Counted from the stretch's first letter, positions 1-12,257 are shown. The stretch: 46,782 nucleotides of DNA from Hydrurus foetidus (GCA_900617105.1 UYFQ01000699.1:1-46782), one strand, 5' to 3'. Translations and numbers: made by a program. Notes: generated from the letters alone by a model not told the origin.

Positions 1-3000
1 TCTGTTTTCAGCTTTGTGTGCGCACGCATACTATACGGTTCTGCACGCATCCCACTGGTGCTTGTCGCAAACCTTTCAGTTTGTTGCAACTTGTGGTGCA
101 AGTCTTCGGTGTATATACTTAGTGTATTTAGATTGAATATCATACAGTTTTAACACGTTTTCTTACTGAATCTTTCAAGTTAAAGAGATTTTTCACCCCT
201 TAGCCAGCCATATTTATCATGTTGTTTTGTTGTTGTTTATTGTTATTTTGTCTTGCCCGACCACTACTGTGCCCGGGAGGGTCGAAGGTGATCGCTAACC
301 TCGACCAGAACCCAGACCCACCGGTTGGCTGAGTAAGATCGAGCCGGCGGTGTTGGAGTCTTGTGGGAGGCACCTGGGCACACTAGTGCACCTTAAGTAG
401 GGCAATTCAACGGTAACTAATACAACTTCCCCACATGAAATAGTAAGTACGTACGTTCCACTTTGTATCGACGGCTTTTTAGAGGCGCACGGACATCTTC
501 AGTGACGTACAGACATCGCAACTGAGCATGAACGTACGTACGGACAGGGTGTGAGATCGTACGTACGTACGTTCAAATGTGAGAATGTGAACGTACGATC
601 CGTACGAAACGAAGATTGTGAATCCGGGTATGTACGTTCTAGACCGTACATACCCATATGCGAACCAGAGGGTCGGGACCGTGTAGAGAAAGAGAATTAA
701 GTGACGCCGGGAACTTGTGCACTTGCGGATTGGGTTCTCTGGATCGAAGTCGGATCGGAACCGGTGCGAGCCGCTCCTTTTCAGATCCAAAGTAAAAGGC
801 TTGTATACGAAATTCCTTGCGAAATTTTGAGAGGTAGAGTACAGGACAGAACACAGAGCAGATGTGGATGTAGATGTAGAACACAATACAACACCTGTTT
901 TCAGTTTTGTGTGCGCACGCATACTATACGGTTCTGTACGCATCCCACTGGGTGCTTGTCGCAAACCTTTCAGTTTGTTGCAACTTGTGGTGCAAGTCTT
1001 CGGTGTATATACTTAGTGTATTTAGATTGAATATCATACAGTTTTAACACGTTTTCTTACTGAATCTTTCAAGTTAAAGAGATTTTTCACCCCGTAGCCA
1101 GCCATACCTATCATGTTGTTTTGTTGTTGTTTTTTGTTATTTTGTCTTGCCCGACCACTACTGTGCCCGGGAGGGTCGAAGGTGATCGCTAACCTAGACC
1201 AGAACCCAGACCCACCGGTTGGCTGAGTAAGATCGAGCCGGCGGTGTTGGAGTCTTGGGGGAGGCACCTGGGCACACTAGTGCACCCTAAGTAGGGCAAT
1301 TCAACGGTAACTAATACAACTGCCCCACATGAAATAGTAAGTACGTACGTTCCACTTTGTATCGACGGCCTTTTAGAGGCGCACGGACATCTTTAGTGAC
1401 GTACAGACATCGCAACTGAGCATGAACGTACGTACGGACAGGGTGTGAGATCGTACGTACTTACGTTCAAATGTGAGAATGTGAAGGTACGGTTCGTACG
1501 AAACGAAGATTGTGAATCCGGGTATGTACGTTCTAGACCGTACATACCCATATGCGAACCAGAGGGTCGGGACCGTGTAGAGAAAGAGAATTAAGTGACG
1601 CCGGGAACTTGTGCACTTGCGGATTGGGTTCTCTCGATCGAAGTCGGATCGGAACCGGTGCGAGCCGCTCCTTTTCAGATCCAAAGTACAAAAGGCTTGT
1701 ATACGAAATTCCTTGCGAAATTTTGAGAGGTAGAGTACAGGACAGAACACAGAGCAAATGTGGATGTAGATGTAGAACACAATACAACACCTGTTTTCAG
1801 TTTTGTGTGCGCACGCATACTATACGGTTCTGTACGCATCCCACTGGGTGCTTGTCGCAAACCTTTCAGTTTGTTGCAACTTGTGGTGCAAGTCTTCGGT
1901 GTATATACGTAGTGTATTTAGATTGAATATCATACAGTTTTAACACGTTTGCTTACTGAATCTTTGAAGTTAAAGATATTTTTCACCCCGTAGCCATACC
2001 TATCATGTTGTTTTGTTGTTGTTTTTTGTTATTTTGTCTTGCCCGACCACTACTGTGCCCGGGAGGGTCGAAGGTGATCGCTAACCTAGACCAGAACCCA
2101 GACCCACCGGTTGGCTGAGTAAGATCGAGCCGGCGGTGTTGGAGTCTTGGGGGAGGCACCTGGGCACACTAGTGCACCCTAAGTAGGGCAATTCAACGGT
2201 AACTAATACAACTGCCCCACATGAAATAGTAAGTACGTACGTTCCACTTTGTATCGACGGCCTTTTAGAGGCGCACGGACATCTTTAGTGACGTACAGAC
2301 ATCGCAACTGAGCATGAACGTACGTACGGACAGGGTGTGAGATCGTACGTACGTACGTTCAAATGTGAGAATGTGAACGTACGATCCGTACGAAACGAAG
2401 ATTGTGAATCCGGGTATGTACGTTCTAGACCGTACATACCCATATGCGAACCAGAGGGTCGGGACCGTGTAGAGAAAGAGAATTAAGTGACGCCGGGAAC
2501 TTGTGCACTTGCGGATTGGGTTCTCTGGATCGAAGTCGGATCGGAACCGGTGCGAGCCGCTCCTTTTCAGATCCAAAGTACAAAAGGCTTGTATACGAAA
2601 TTCCTTGCGAAATTTTGAGAGGTAGAGTACAGGACAGAACACAGAGCAAATGTGGATGTAGATGTAGAACACAATACAACACCTGTTTTCAGTTTTGTGT
2701 GCGCACGCATACTATACGGTTCTGTACGCATCCCACTGGGTGCTTGTCGCAAACCTTTCAGTTTGTTGCAACTTGTGGTGCAAGTCTTCGGTGTATATAC
2801 GTAGTGTATTTAGATTGAATATCATACAGTTTTAACACGTTTTCTTACTGAATCTTTGAAGTTAAAGATATTTTTCACCCCGTAGCCATACCTATCATGT
2901 TGTTTTGTTGTTGTTTTTTGTTATTTTGTCTTGCCCGACCACTACTGTGCCCGGGAGGGTCGAAGGTGATCGCTAACCTAGACCAGAACCCAGACCCACC

Positions 3001-4270
3001 GGTTGGCTGAGTAAGATCGAGCCGGCGGTGTTGGAGTCTTGGGGGAGGCACCTGGGCACACTAGTGCACCCTAAGTAGGGCAATTCAACGGTAACTAATA
3101 CAACTGCCCCACATGAAATAGTAAGTACGTACGTTCCACTTTGTATCGACGGCCTTTTAGAGGCGCACGGACATCTTTAGTGACGTACAGACATCGCAAC
3201 TGAGCATGAACGTACGTACGGACAGGGTGTGAGATCGTACGTACTTACGTTCAAATGTGAGAATGTGAAGGTACGGTTCGTACGAAACGAAGATTGTGAA
3301 TCCGGGTATGTACGTTCTAGACCGTACATACCCATATGCGAACCAGAGGGTCGGGACCGTGTAGAGAAAGAGAATTAAGTGACGCCGGGAACTTGTGCAC
3401 TTGCGGATTGGGTTCTCTGGATCGAAGTCGGATCGGAACCGGTGCGAGCCGCTCCTTTTCAGATCCAAAGTACAAAAGGCTTGTATACGAAATTCCTTGC
3501 GAAATTTTGAGAGGTAGAGTACAGGACAGAACACAGAGCAAATGTGGATGTAGATGTAGAACACAATACAACACCTGTTTTCAGTTTTGTGTGCGCACGC
3601 ATACTATACGGTTCTGTACGCATCCCACTGGGTGCTTGTCGCAAACCTTTCAGTTTGTTGCAACTTGTGGTGCAAGTCTTCGGTGTATATACTTAGTGTA
3701 TTTAGATTGAATATCATACAGTTTTAACACGTTTTCTTACTGAATCTTTCAAGTTAAAGAGATTTTTCACCCCGTAGCCAGCCATACCTATCATGTTGTT
3801 TTGTTGTTGTTTTTTGTTATTTTGTCTTGCCCGACCACTACTGTGCCCGGGAGGGTCGAAGGTGATCGCTAACCTAGACCAGAACCCAGACCCACCGGTT
3901 GGCTGAGTAAGATCGAGCCGGCGGTGTTGGAGTCTTGGGGGAGGCACCTGGGCACACTAGTGCACCCTAAGTAGGGCAATTCAACGGTAACTAATACAAC
4001 TGCCCCACATGAAATAGTAAGTACGTACGTTCCACTTTGTATCGACGGCCTTTTAGAGGCGCACGGACATCTTTAGTGACGTACAGACATCGCAACTGAG
4101 CATGAACGTACGTACGGACAGGGTGTGAGATCGTACGTACTTACGTTCAAATGTGAGAATGTGAAGGTACGGTCCGTACGAAACGAAGATTGTGAATCCG
4201 GGTATGTACGTTCTAGACCGTACATACCCATATGCGAACCAGAGGGTCGGGACCGTGTAGAGAAAGAGAA
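1..4270. repeat. Tandem array of an 892-896 bp unit, about 4.8 copies, open at the left edge
   Basis: An equivalent position (TTAGAGGCGCACGG) recurs at 479, 1373, 2265, 3157 and 4053, giving periods of 894, 892, 892 and 896. The last copy breaks off after GTAGAGAAAGAGAA at 4270. Confidence 0.97.
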
Positions 4271-4702
4271 TCGGTGAAATACAGAGTTTTGCGAAATACA
4301 GCAAAAAGTCGTATATGTAAAACGCTGTATTTGGACCGATACAGAATTTTTCCCAGTGTGCCGAACACACCACAATAGAGTGTTTGCGCATCTGAAATTA
4401 CTGAGACTCTGCGGACCCTGGATTTTTCTAATTCCCCGAGATTTTCTGTGTTTTGCAGATTTCTTTTTCGAAAACCGTGATTCTCTCGCAAATTTGCGAA
4501 ATCAAATTGTTGAGATCCCGTGAATCTCTGCAGGGGATTTGCGAGATTCTTGTAAATTTCAAGATTGTGGGGATCGGACCGGGAAAAAGGGGGTCAGAAT
4601 CTCTGTAATTTCCAATGCGCAAACACTCTAATAAATCGAAATATTCTGTATTCCAAGAAAACAGTGAAATCGGCGAAATACAGAGTTTTTCGGTGTCACC
4701 GA
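4271..4702. mobile_element. Probable non-autonomous DNA element at the array boundary, host of a nested MITE
   Basis: Ends TCGGTGA...TCACCGA form a 7-bp inverted repeat. The motif CGGYGAAATACAGAGTTTT occurs at 4272 and 4671, and further GAAATACAG/CTGTATT copies lie inside. No target-site duplication is visible. Confidence 0.45.
4377..4629. mobile_element. MITE, 253 bp, with imperfect TIRs of about 45-50 bp
   Basis: AGAGTGTTTGCGCATCTGAAATTACTGAGACTCTG is inverted relative to CAGAATCTCTGTAATTTCCAATGCGCAAACACTCT. AAT flanks both sides (4374-4376 and 4630-4632); an alternative parse gives TA/TA. Confidence 0.8.
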
Positions 4703-5423
4703 ACGGACCTTTAGCGTTTAGCAGAAGAATCAGGAAATTAGGTCACATCTTCAATGCAAGAGAAGTTTTTTTCTGCTATTTACAGACATCGATTGAAAAA
4801 AAAGCAACGTCTTTCGAAAATGCAATCCCAAATCGTCTTTTTTTGTCGCTTGTTAATTAGAAAAAAAAAATGCTGGCGAAATGTGTTCATCACGACACCG
4901 ATGTAATATAATTGATGCAACATGATGAGCTACGAATGAAAATTGGACTCCATTTACTAAATCAAAGTATGTCATCTTCACAAACAGTAACAGTCGTGAA
5001 ACACTTTCTCACTTCTTCTTACGCGGCTGGATCTCTCTGGTTAAATGACAGAAAAGCGATCTCTACATCGTCGAGATAATTTCTGAATACTCGAGTCATT
5101 TGAAAGATTACTGCCTCCAATTGTACAGATGAAGGTTCGTGTTTTGCTACGGTACGTACATACATACATAATATGTGGCACGAGGAGGGAGAGAGGGTCA
5201 GATTTCTCCCACCGGAAAACAGCCGTCTACCGTCTACGTCTACGTACTATTCGAATTGAATTCGACACGACTGATTCGATAGAAATCTGCTGTACTTGAT
5301 GCCACAGCCTGTCAGAAGCCTCTCTCCACCATTGTGTACAACTACAGAAACATCTGCAATCTCATATGCACCTTATATTCCCTTCACAAACCATCGAGAT
5401 CCACTGAGGTAACCGCTTCCGCC

Positions 5424-6692
5424 ATGATTGACCTCGAAAGTTGCCAGGTTTTTCGTGAGAAACCACAGCCGCAGCCAAAAATGCGTCGAGGCTGCAGCGA
5501 TTTATATCAATGTGAGATGGGGAACGTTACACGCCTTGCAGTGTCATCTAGCTGTGAGATGGAGGAGCTTGTCTTAGAAAGTGAAATTATTGCTGCTGTG
5601 AAGTACTCAAACATCGAAACAGTCATAATGAATCCGCTTTGTTGCGGTTACTTACTCCAATTTTGCGAGGGTCAGCACAATAGTGAAAACGTCCGCTTTT
5701 TCTTAGAAGTAGACGAATTCAGGGACATGTTTGCCGCAGACAAAGATAAGGATATCTGGTTAAATGACTTTGAGGAGATCGACAATCGGGTCAAATATCT
5801 AGAAGCTGACGACATACGGAGAATAAGTGATATTGGGAGGCCGAAGAGCGCCTTACGGCATGGCACTTGGCCGTCGAAATCAGACAAATGTGCCGCTCTC
5901 AAGAAAATAGATATTATTTTGAACAAATATTTGAACAATGATTCATCGTCTCAAGTGTGCATATCCGACCCGCTTATTGAACAGACGATGAAAAGGATTA
6001 ATTTACTGCATCTGTACGGGCCCGAAGTGTTCGAAGAAGCAACGAGGGAACCGATCAAAACAATGAAGAAAGATATTCTTCCTAGATTCCTAGCATCTCA
6101 AATATTCCGGAAAATGATCGTAAATGTTGCTTCATGCGAGCCGACACCTCCTCCAGCCTCTGAACTGAAAGTTCCTCCTCCTCGTAGCTGGATGCTCACA
6201 GCGTCAACGATAGACGATTTTCCTGAGTCTCGAGTATTTCAATTGGATGAAATCATCCACTGCATGCATTTGTACAACGAGTTCATCGCTTTTCTTCGAA
6301 AGAGAGTTAATTCCGAGAATCTAATCTGCGTGAGGATGATCGACATATATGACGGATATACAAGCGCAGACGAATTTCAATTGGCGGAAGCTCAGGCATG
6401 GAAAATTTATCAGTATTTCGTGGCGCCTGGATCAGCGTTTGAAGTATCCATTCATCACATCCACCGCAAACACGTCATGTTGGGAATGGCCAATCCCAAG
6501 CCAGGAATGTTCGACAAAATGCGACACTCAGTCTACGGAACTTTAAAAGTCGATTTCGAAAGGTATAAATTAACCGACCAATATTTTAAAATGGGCAAGA
6601 TGATGCGAGAAAAGAAAGTGGATGCCATGAAAATGGAGGGAGGGGAAGGGGTGACTAGTATGTACAGCGGATGTTTCGGGCTGCGGAAATGA
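5424..6692 (+). CDS. Intronless protein with two RGS (regulator of G-protein signalling) domains
   Basis: ORF 5334-6692, first ATG at 5424 (GCCATG). RGS signature 1: IETVIMNPLCCGYLLQFCEGQHNSENVRFFLEVDEF...KYLNNDSSSQVCI...MKKDILPRFLAS. RGS signature 2: LDEIIH...FIAFLRKRVNSENLIC...AWKIYQYFVAPGSAFEVSI...LKVDFERY. Confidence 0.88.
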   Translation: MIDLESCQVFREKPQPQPKMRRGCSDLYQCEMGNVTRLAVSSSCEMEELVLESEIIAAVKYSNIETVIMNPLCCGYLLQFCEGQHNSENVRFFLEVDEFRDMFAADKDKDIWLNDFEEIDNRVKYLEADDIRRISDIGRPKSALRHGTWPSKSDKCAALKKIDIILNKYLNNDSSSQVCISDPLIEQTMKRINLLHLYGPEVFEEATREPIKTMKKDILPRFLASQIFRKMIVNVASCEPTPPPASELKVPPPRSWMLTASTIDDFPESRVFQLDEIIHCMHLYNEFIAFLRKRVNSENLICVRMIDIYDGYTSADEFQLAEAQAWKIYQYFVAPGSAFEVSIHHIHRKHVMLGMANPKPGMFDKMRHSVYGTLKVDFERYKLTDQYFKMGKMMREKKVDAMKMEGGEGVTSMYSGCFGLRK

Positions 6693-8365
6693 AAATAATG
6701 TCGTACTCCCTTCAATAAAAAGAACACAATGAAATAAAATGGAAGATGAATAAAATCAAACCAAACAACCCAATTTATCCTATCCTATCCTATCCTATCG
6801 CACCTGCATCTCAATCGTATGACTGAAAGTGGGATCATACCTCTTCTTCTTTCTTCTGCACGTGCCGTTCCGTACCATACTTTACGATACCGTATCTTGT
6901 CTTAGATTGATCTAGTGATGTAATTACTGTTTTATGTGTTGATCTGTCCGATTTACTAGCGCTTCTAAAATTCTTCGGGATAGAAGAGATTCAACCCGGC
7001 TTCAATCTCGAGTACAGTCTGGTCAATTCGAGTCAAGTCATCACATTTCCCTCCCACCACATCTCATCACATCACGTCTAGTGTCTTCATTTACACAGTA
7101 TACTTGATATTTGAGCGGTCTGCATTTGCCGCCATCACCTTATTTTTGACAATCTCTGTGATCAGCGTAACAGCCAATGGTCACCACACACCACACTTGC
7201 ACATAGTATAGCGCAGCCTCAAATTAACCCGAACAGTTATTATTAATTAACAAGAGCTACTCTGAATTTTAACAATTTTTCTGCATTTTTTGGCTACTCG
7301 GATTGGAATCCATTTCATGACTGCTTTGTGTCTGTTCACATCGCGATGATGTAGAGAATCCACATTATACATTATACATTATGTTGGCAACATAGGATAC
7401 CGCTGACCAAAGTGACATTAGTGACGACAAATTTTACCTTTGAACGTGCACAGCCGTACAGCTCAAACTCAACAGTTTTTGTTTTTTACACGGATATAGC
7501 CCCTCTGCGAGAATCAGACAACACCGCAGCATCGACTAAGGTTCCTGGGGAGGCCGAAGGCCGTACCGGGAGAACGGTTTTGGGGAGACATCAACGTGAG
7601 GGGTGGGGTAACTGCATTGAACGCTAGTGATAGCAGGGTTTGGGAAGTGGTGATCTAGGTTTGGGTTGGAATGGGAACAGGTGACAAAAAAAAGGGAAAT
7701 GAAGACGAAAATGAAAACAGAAATTACAGATGAAGATTGGCATGAAACGTGGTGAATGGGGTAACGGAAGTCCGAGGGGAGAGAGCAGCGAGACGGTGGT
7801 CTCAATAGGATGCGAGGTCGAGAGATAGTCGACTTTGAGATAGTGAACCTTCTCTTTGCGTTGTAGTTCACATCGATTCGGTCCTTTCGATTTAGTCTTG
7901 CTTTTGAACTTTTTTGTCTCCTCCCACCCACCCAACTAGTTTCACAGTTTCTTTTTACTTCATTAGTTGATACGATACGTGATGTTTTCTGGATGTAGCT
8001 ATTTGTTTGATGTCCAATTATGTAATGGGGTCGCCGGTAGTTGCCGGGGTAATCGGGGATCGGACTACGGAACAGAGAAGTAGTCCGAATTCACGATGAG
8101 TTTGGATTCAGACTCTGTCGCACTGAACGGTATTCTAGTGGACTTCGAACAGGCCCAATCATCGCTACATCTCGGGTCGAAATGATAATATAAATACAAT
8201 GTCGAATTACGCTAGCGCGACAGTTGCATTCCACTATTCAGAAGAAGGGTAAAAAGGGGATATTATTCCCTCGAGTAAGAAATGAGAAACAAAAAGAGGA
8301 ATGAATATGTTACCCTAATAGGTACTTACGAGGGACCAGATGAACGGTCGTACAAAAACTCCAAC

Positions 8366-8557
8366 CAAAGGGGGTATTTAATTAAGCTGCGGTCTGCCCA
8401 TACGCAGTACAGTATGCGCGTATATACACGAACTTTACGTATAAAACGCGTATGCGTATATACGCAATTCTCGAAAATGTGCGTATTGCGTATATTTTTT
8501 TCCACTTTTTTGCGTATGGGCAGTGGGCAGACGCAGTATTTATTTTAAACCCCTTTG
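8366..8557. mobile_element. MITE, 192 bp, with a 7-bp TSD (P-superfamily-like ends)
   Basis: Termini are CAAAGGGG...CCCCTTTG, with extended imperfect inverted repeats (GCTGCGGTCTGCCCATACGCA / TGCGTATGGGCAGTGGGCAGACGCAG). CTCCAAC is duplicated at 8359-8365 and 8558-8564. Confidence 0.82.
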
Positions 8558-8795
8558 CTCCAACGTAAAATCGAACTTTGGAACTGTCCACCTCCAAACT
8601 CCACTCTACGAAGTAAAAGTGGAGAGCGCGTTTCAAGATCTTCTATCAGACAGTGCAACATTCGATTTCCATAACTGCGGTAATTTCAAGACTATCTTGA
8701 ACTCTGCATACCCTCTGGAATTCTGCGCAGGAGTTTTTTGAAACAGTGGTTGCCGCTGTTTTGATCAGAAGAAAAGGTATTTACTATTTACGATC

Positions 8796-11700
8796 ATGAA
8801 TGCCGACAGTGATGTTGACGGAAGCGTCAAAGAAACAGTCCATGAAAGCGCTACTGACGCTCACAAAGCCCCTGGCATTGCTGCCGAACGCCCCAAATCA
8901 ACGATGAGGATCGCAACTGCAACAGATCTACTTACTGATGAAGAAGAAGCGACAACTTTATCACCTAAAGAACAAACCATAAAAAAGAGAGGATGTTTCA
9001 AGAATCTTCCTACTCATTGCAATAACGACATGGTTTGCGGCTCATGGTACGAGTAAAAATGATTGAGAGTCTCAGCCGACAGAGTCATTTGATTGAAAAC
9101 ATCTCCCATACGTTTTAGGTGGTTCGTTGCAGGCTCAGCTCTCACTGTGCTGATTCCAGCATTTCCACTGATCAGTCTCTATCTGACGGAGCTGCAGAGA
9201 TTCTGGCCTACAGCTGAAGCGTATGTCATCCCCATAGAAGATCATGCTGCGGTGTATGCACTCCTGGTGGGATGCGGCGTGTTCTTCGTTCTGGGATCCT
9301 TATTTCTAGTAAGGTAAGTGACAGCACTAACTGTGAGGCAGATAATTGTATCAAACTCAACTCTTTATCTCGATTTCTGCGAGCAGATCCTTGCATTCTG
9401 TCGTAACATATTGTCTGACTCGAGAGCATGGAATATTCTCTCCTAATGTACCCCAGGGCATTTCAAGAACCAGTGCCACCCCCTTTCTTCTCGTGCAGTA
9501 TACTCGCAACTGACGAAGTTGTGGCGAGTTGGTTATATTTCCTAGGAATTGTTCCAACGGTTCCATTAATAGTTATCTATATGGTTTATTTCCCTGAGGA
9601 TCATCACTATCAAATCGCATTAATCTTCTGCATATTCGTAAGGTGAGCAATTTAGAATCTTTGTGACGTATGCATTGAATTTGATACAATCGAATGCATA
9701 TGTAGAATACCATTTTTTGGAATAAACGGCTGTAATCCTATCTTTTCCTCTTGTTAAAAAGTCCTTCTGCGTCGTCAGCAATCAGCAGCCACTGACAGTA
9801 CTAACAATATCAATACTCGTCTATTTTAATTATATTGCAGTTTGGTAATGCTGCTATTCACGTATGCCGTGTATCCCTCCACAACCGGCAAGGTAAATAC
9901 GGTAAAAGACAGTTAAATAAATACGACCAAATACGGTCCAAGTTTTTGCTGTTAGAACATTCTGCAAATCTGTGAACAAATCTAATAAAAAGAAGCAGAA
10001 CACAGAAAACTTATAACAGCACACTCTACTGACCCCTCACAATTCATATTTTTCCGACGTCAACGAGTCATACTATATCTGTACTAAGTTCGTGAATCAC
10101 ACAGTGTCAATACCTCGAACTCACTTTTATGACTTTTTTTCTTCTTTTCTTTTTTTCTTTTTCTTCTTCCTTTTTTTTCTGGAACCTGGATCCAGCTTCC
10201 CAAACAATATGTGTCACCGGTGATACATCGCTTCTGCTGCAGTTCAAAAAACAAGCTGCATATACACTTCCAGAACGACTGGTTAATAATGTGCTGGATG
10301 GTTTTGGTTGGAAGTATTTTCGCCACTGTTGCGAGTGTGGCTGCTATGGTGTACTACGCGTCACTTCACAACAGAAGAGGAATCTTCGACTATGCAACAG
10401 GGTAAGAATTATGTGAAATAATGCAATGCACTCTGATAACAGTAGTATTGCATGGCTATTGTTATTGCTTTGCATCATGTGTGTGGCGGGGTGGTGCTTG
10501 GTTAATCGTATCATGCTTGTTTTTTGTCGCTGCTTATTACATTTTATACCACGTCAATCTATCTCACTCCATCTCCCCCTTCTTCTCCTCTAATCTCCTC
10601 TCTTTTCTCTCTTCTCTTCTTTTCACTACCCCCTCTTCAGAGCGTTTGACTGCCTCTTGTTCACGATGGGATCGATGTACTACGTGGCTGGTACGTTACG
10701 CACAGCCTCATTAGTAAATCAACGCGGTGTGGCCTATGTCAGCATTGTATCGCTCAGCATTCTGTCACACAGTACAGCACCTCACTGTGCTCTGCCCTTT
10801 TACATTAAGCGTACAGAGATGTAGCGTTGTAACGTACGATATTGTACAATATATCATACTACTTGGCATATGGCAAAGGATCGTGCTGTAAACGAGAGAA
10901 TATCTCTTCGTTGAAATCACAACTAAACAAGAATGTTGCATTTCCGTACTCTAAAATAACAGCTGAGAACAACGTTAATCACTCAATTTTCGTGAAATTG
11001 CTTCAAGATAATCCTTAAAACTGCTGTTTTCTTTTGACTTCGACATTAACCGCTCCCCCTTCCCCCACTATCTCTCATCCCCTCAATGCACGTTTTTATT
11101 GATGACACACTTCAATGCGTTGCACAGACAAGTGCACTGCAAAAAATAAAAATCGTCAACTCGTAGATACTTCTTTCTAGTAACAACGCCTTTTAAGAAT
11201 TTGAAAAGTGTCTGTCTCGTCTTGAGTGCATCATCAATACGATGCGATGTGTCCCTTTTCCTATCTTATCTTCGCCTCTCTCTTTATCTTCGTTTGCATT
11301 TATCTTTTTCCTCTTCATATCCGTCTTTATTTTCTCCATCTCATCTTCACCTACCTCTTTATCTCCATCTTCAATTTTATCTCGATCCTACAATCGCATC
11401 TATTCTCACCCTTATTCACATCACGGTATCCTATCTTAACAGGGTCATACCCTACAACACGGCGACATGACAGCAATTTACCGTATGGCGAAGACATGGA
11501 ATGTGAAGTAGGCTTATCCGCCTACTACCCTGAAGAAAGAAGAAGAGGAAAAGAAGGCAAAGTGTACTCCTACGAAGAGGAAGATTCTTCTTCTCCTGAA
11601 GGGGACGCAATGTGGCGCAATAAAGGGCCTGACGTGCGGGGTGTTCTGGACTGCATTCCCAGTCAGAAAGACATGCCCCTGGCCTCCCCACACAACCACA

Positions 11701-12221
11701 CCTTCGACTCTGCAGCCACCGATCCGAGGAGGCTGTCCGTCACAAGGGGCAGATCTTCCTCCATGATTAGAAGGGGTGGTTCGGATATTGGGTCAGGGTC
11801 GGCACGAGACCCAGGTGAGACCAGGTAAATCACATCCAAATTCTTCTCACTCCCATCTGTCGTGTTGTGTTGTGTTGTGTCGTGTTGTTCTATTCTGTTA
11901 TACTTTGTAGTATCGTATCATGTCCCACTCTATTATGTTCTACTCAGCTCTTTACGATGTTCTAAAATGTTGTATCGCATTACCTCCTATCATACCTTCC
12001 TCTATCCTACCTTCCTCCATCCAACCTTCCTCTATCCTACTCTACTCCATTTCTCCATCACGTGTAGCTGGCAAATATCCATCCATCTTCTATCCCGCAT
12101 TCCAGTTTTGTTGTTTCTTCCTTACTTTCTTTTCGTTTTCTTTTTTACTCGTCCCTCCGAAATTCCTTCTTTTCTCTTTTCCCTCATGTTGTTTTCTCTT
12201 CTCTTCCCTGCTCTCCTTCTT

Positions 12222-12257
<36 letters not shown>

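Noticed and set aside
250..500. 5S rRNA, U2/U5 snRNA, SRP, spliced-leader RNA or hammerhead in the tandem unit
   Set aside because: Only short chance matches (CGACCA, GGCTTTT/GGCCTTTT, GTAAGT). The diagnostic cores, such as CUGANGA-GAAA, SRP helix 8 and the 5S internal boxes, are absent.
479..4491. Repeated 60-160 aa ORFs in the tandem unit
   Set aside because: They overlap on both strands, shift frame between copies through 2-bp and 4-bp indels, and show no recognisable domain.
7412..7935. Short ORFs between the RGS gene and the membrane-protein gene
   Set aside because: They use non-ATG starts, have no domain signal, and I could build no consistent splice model.
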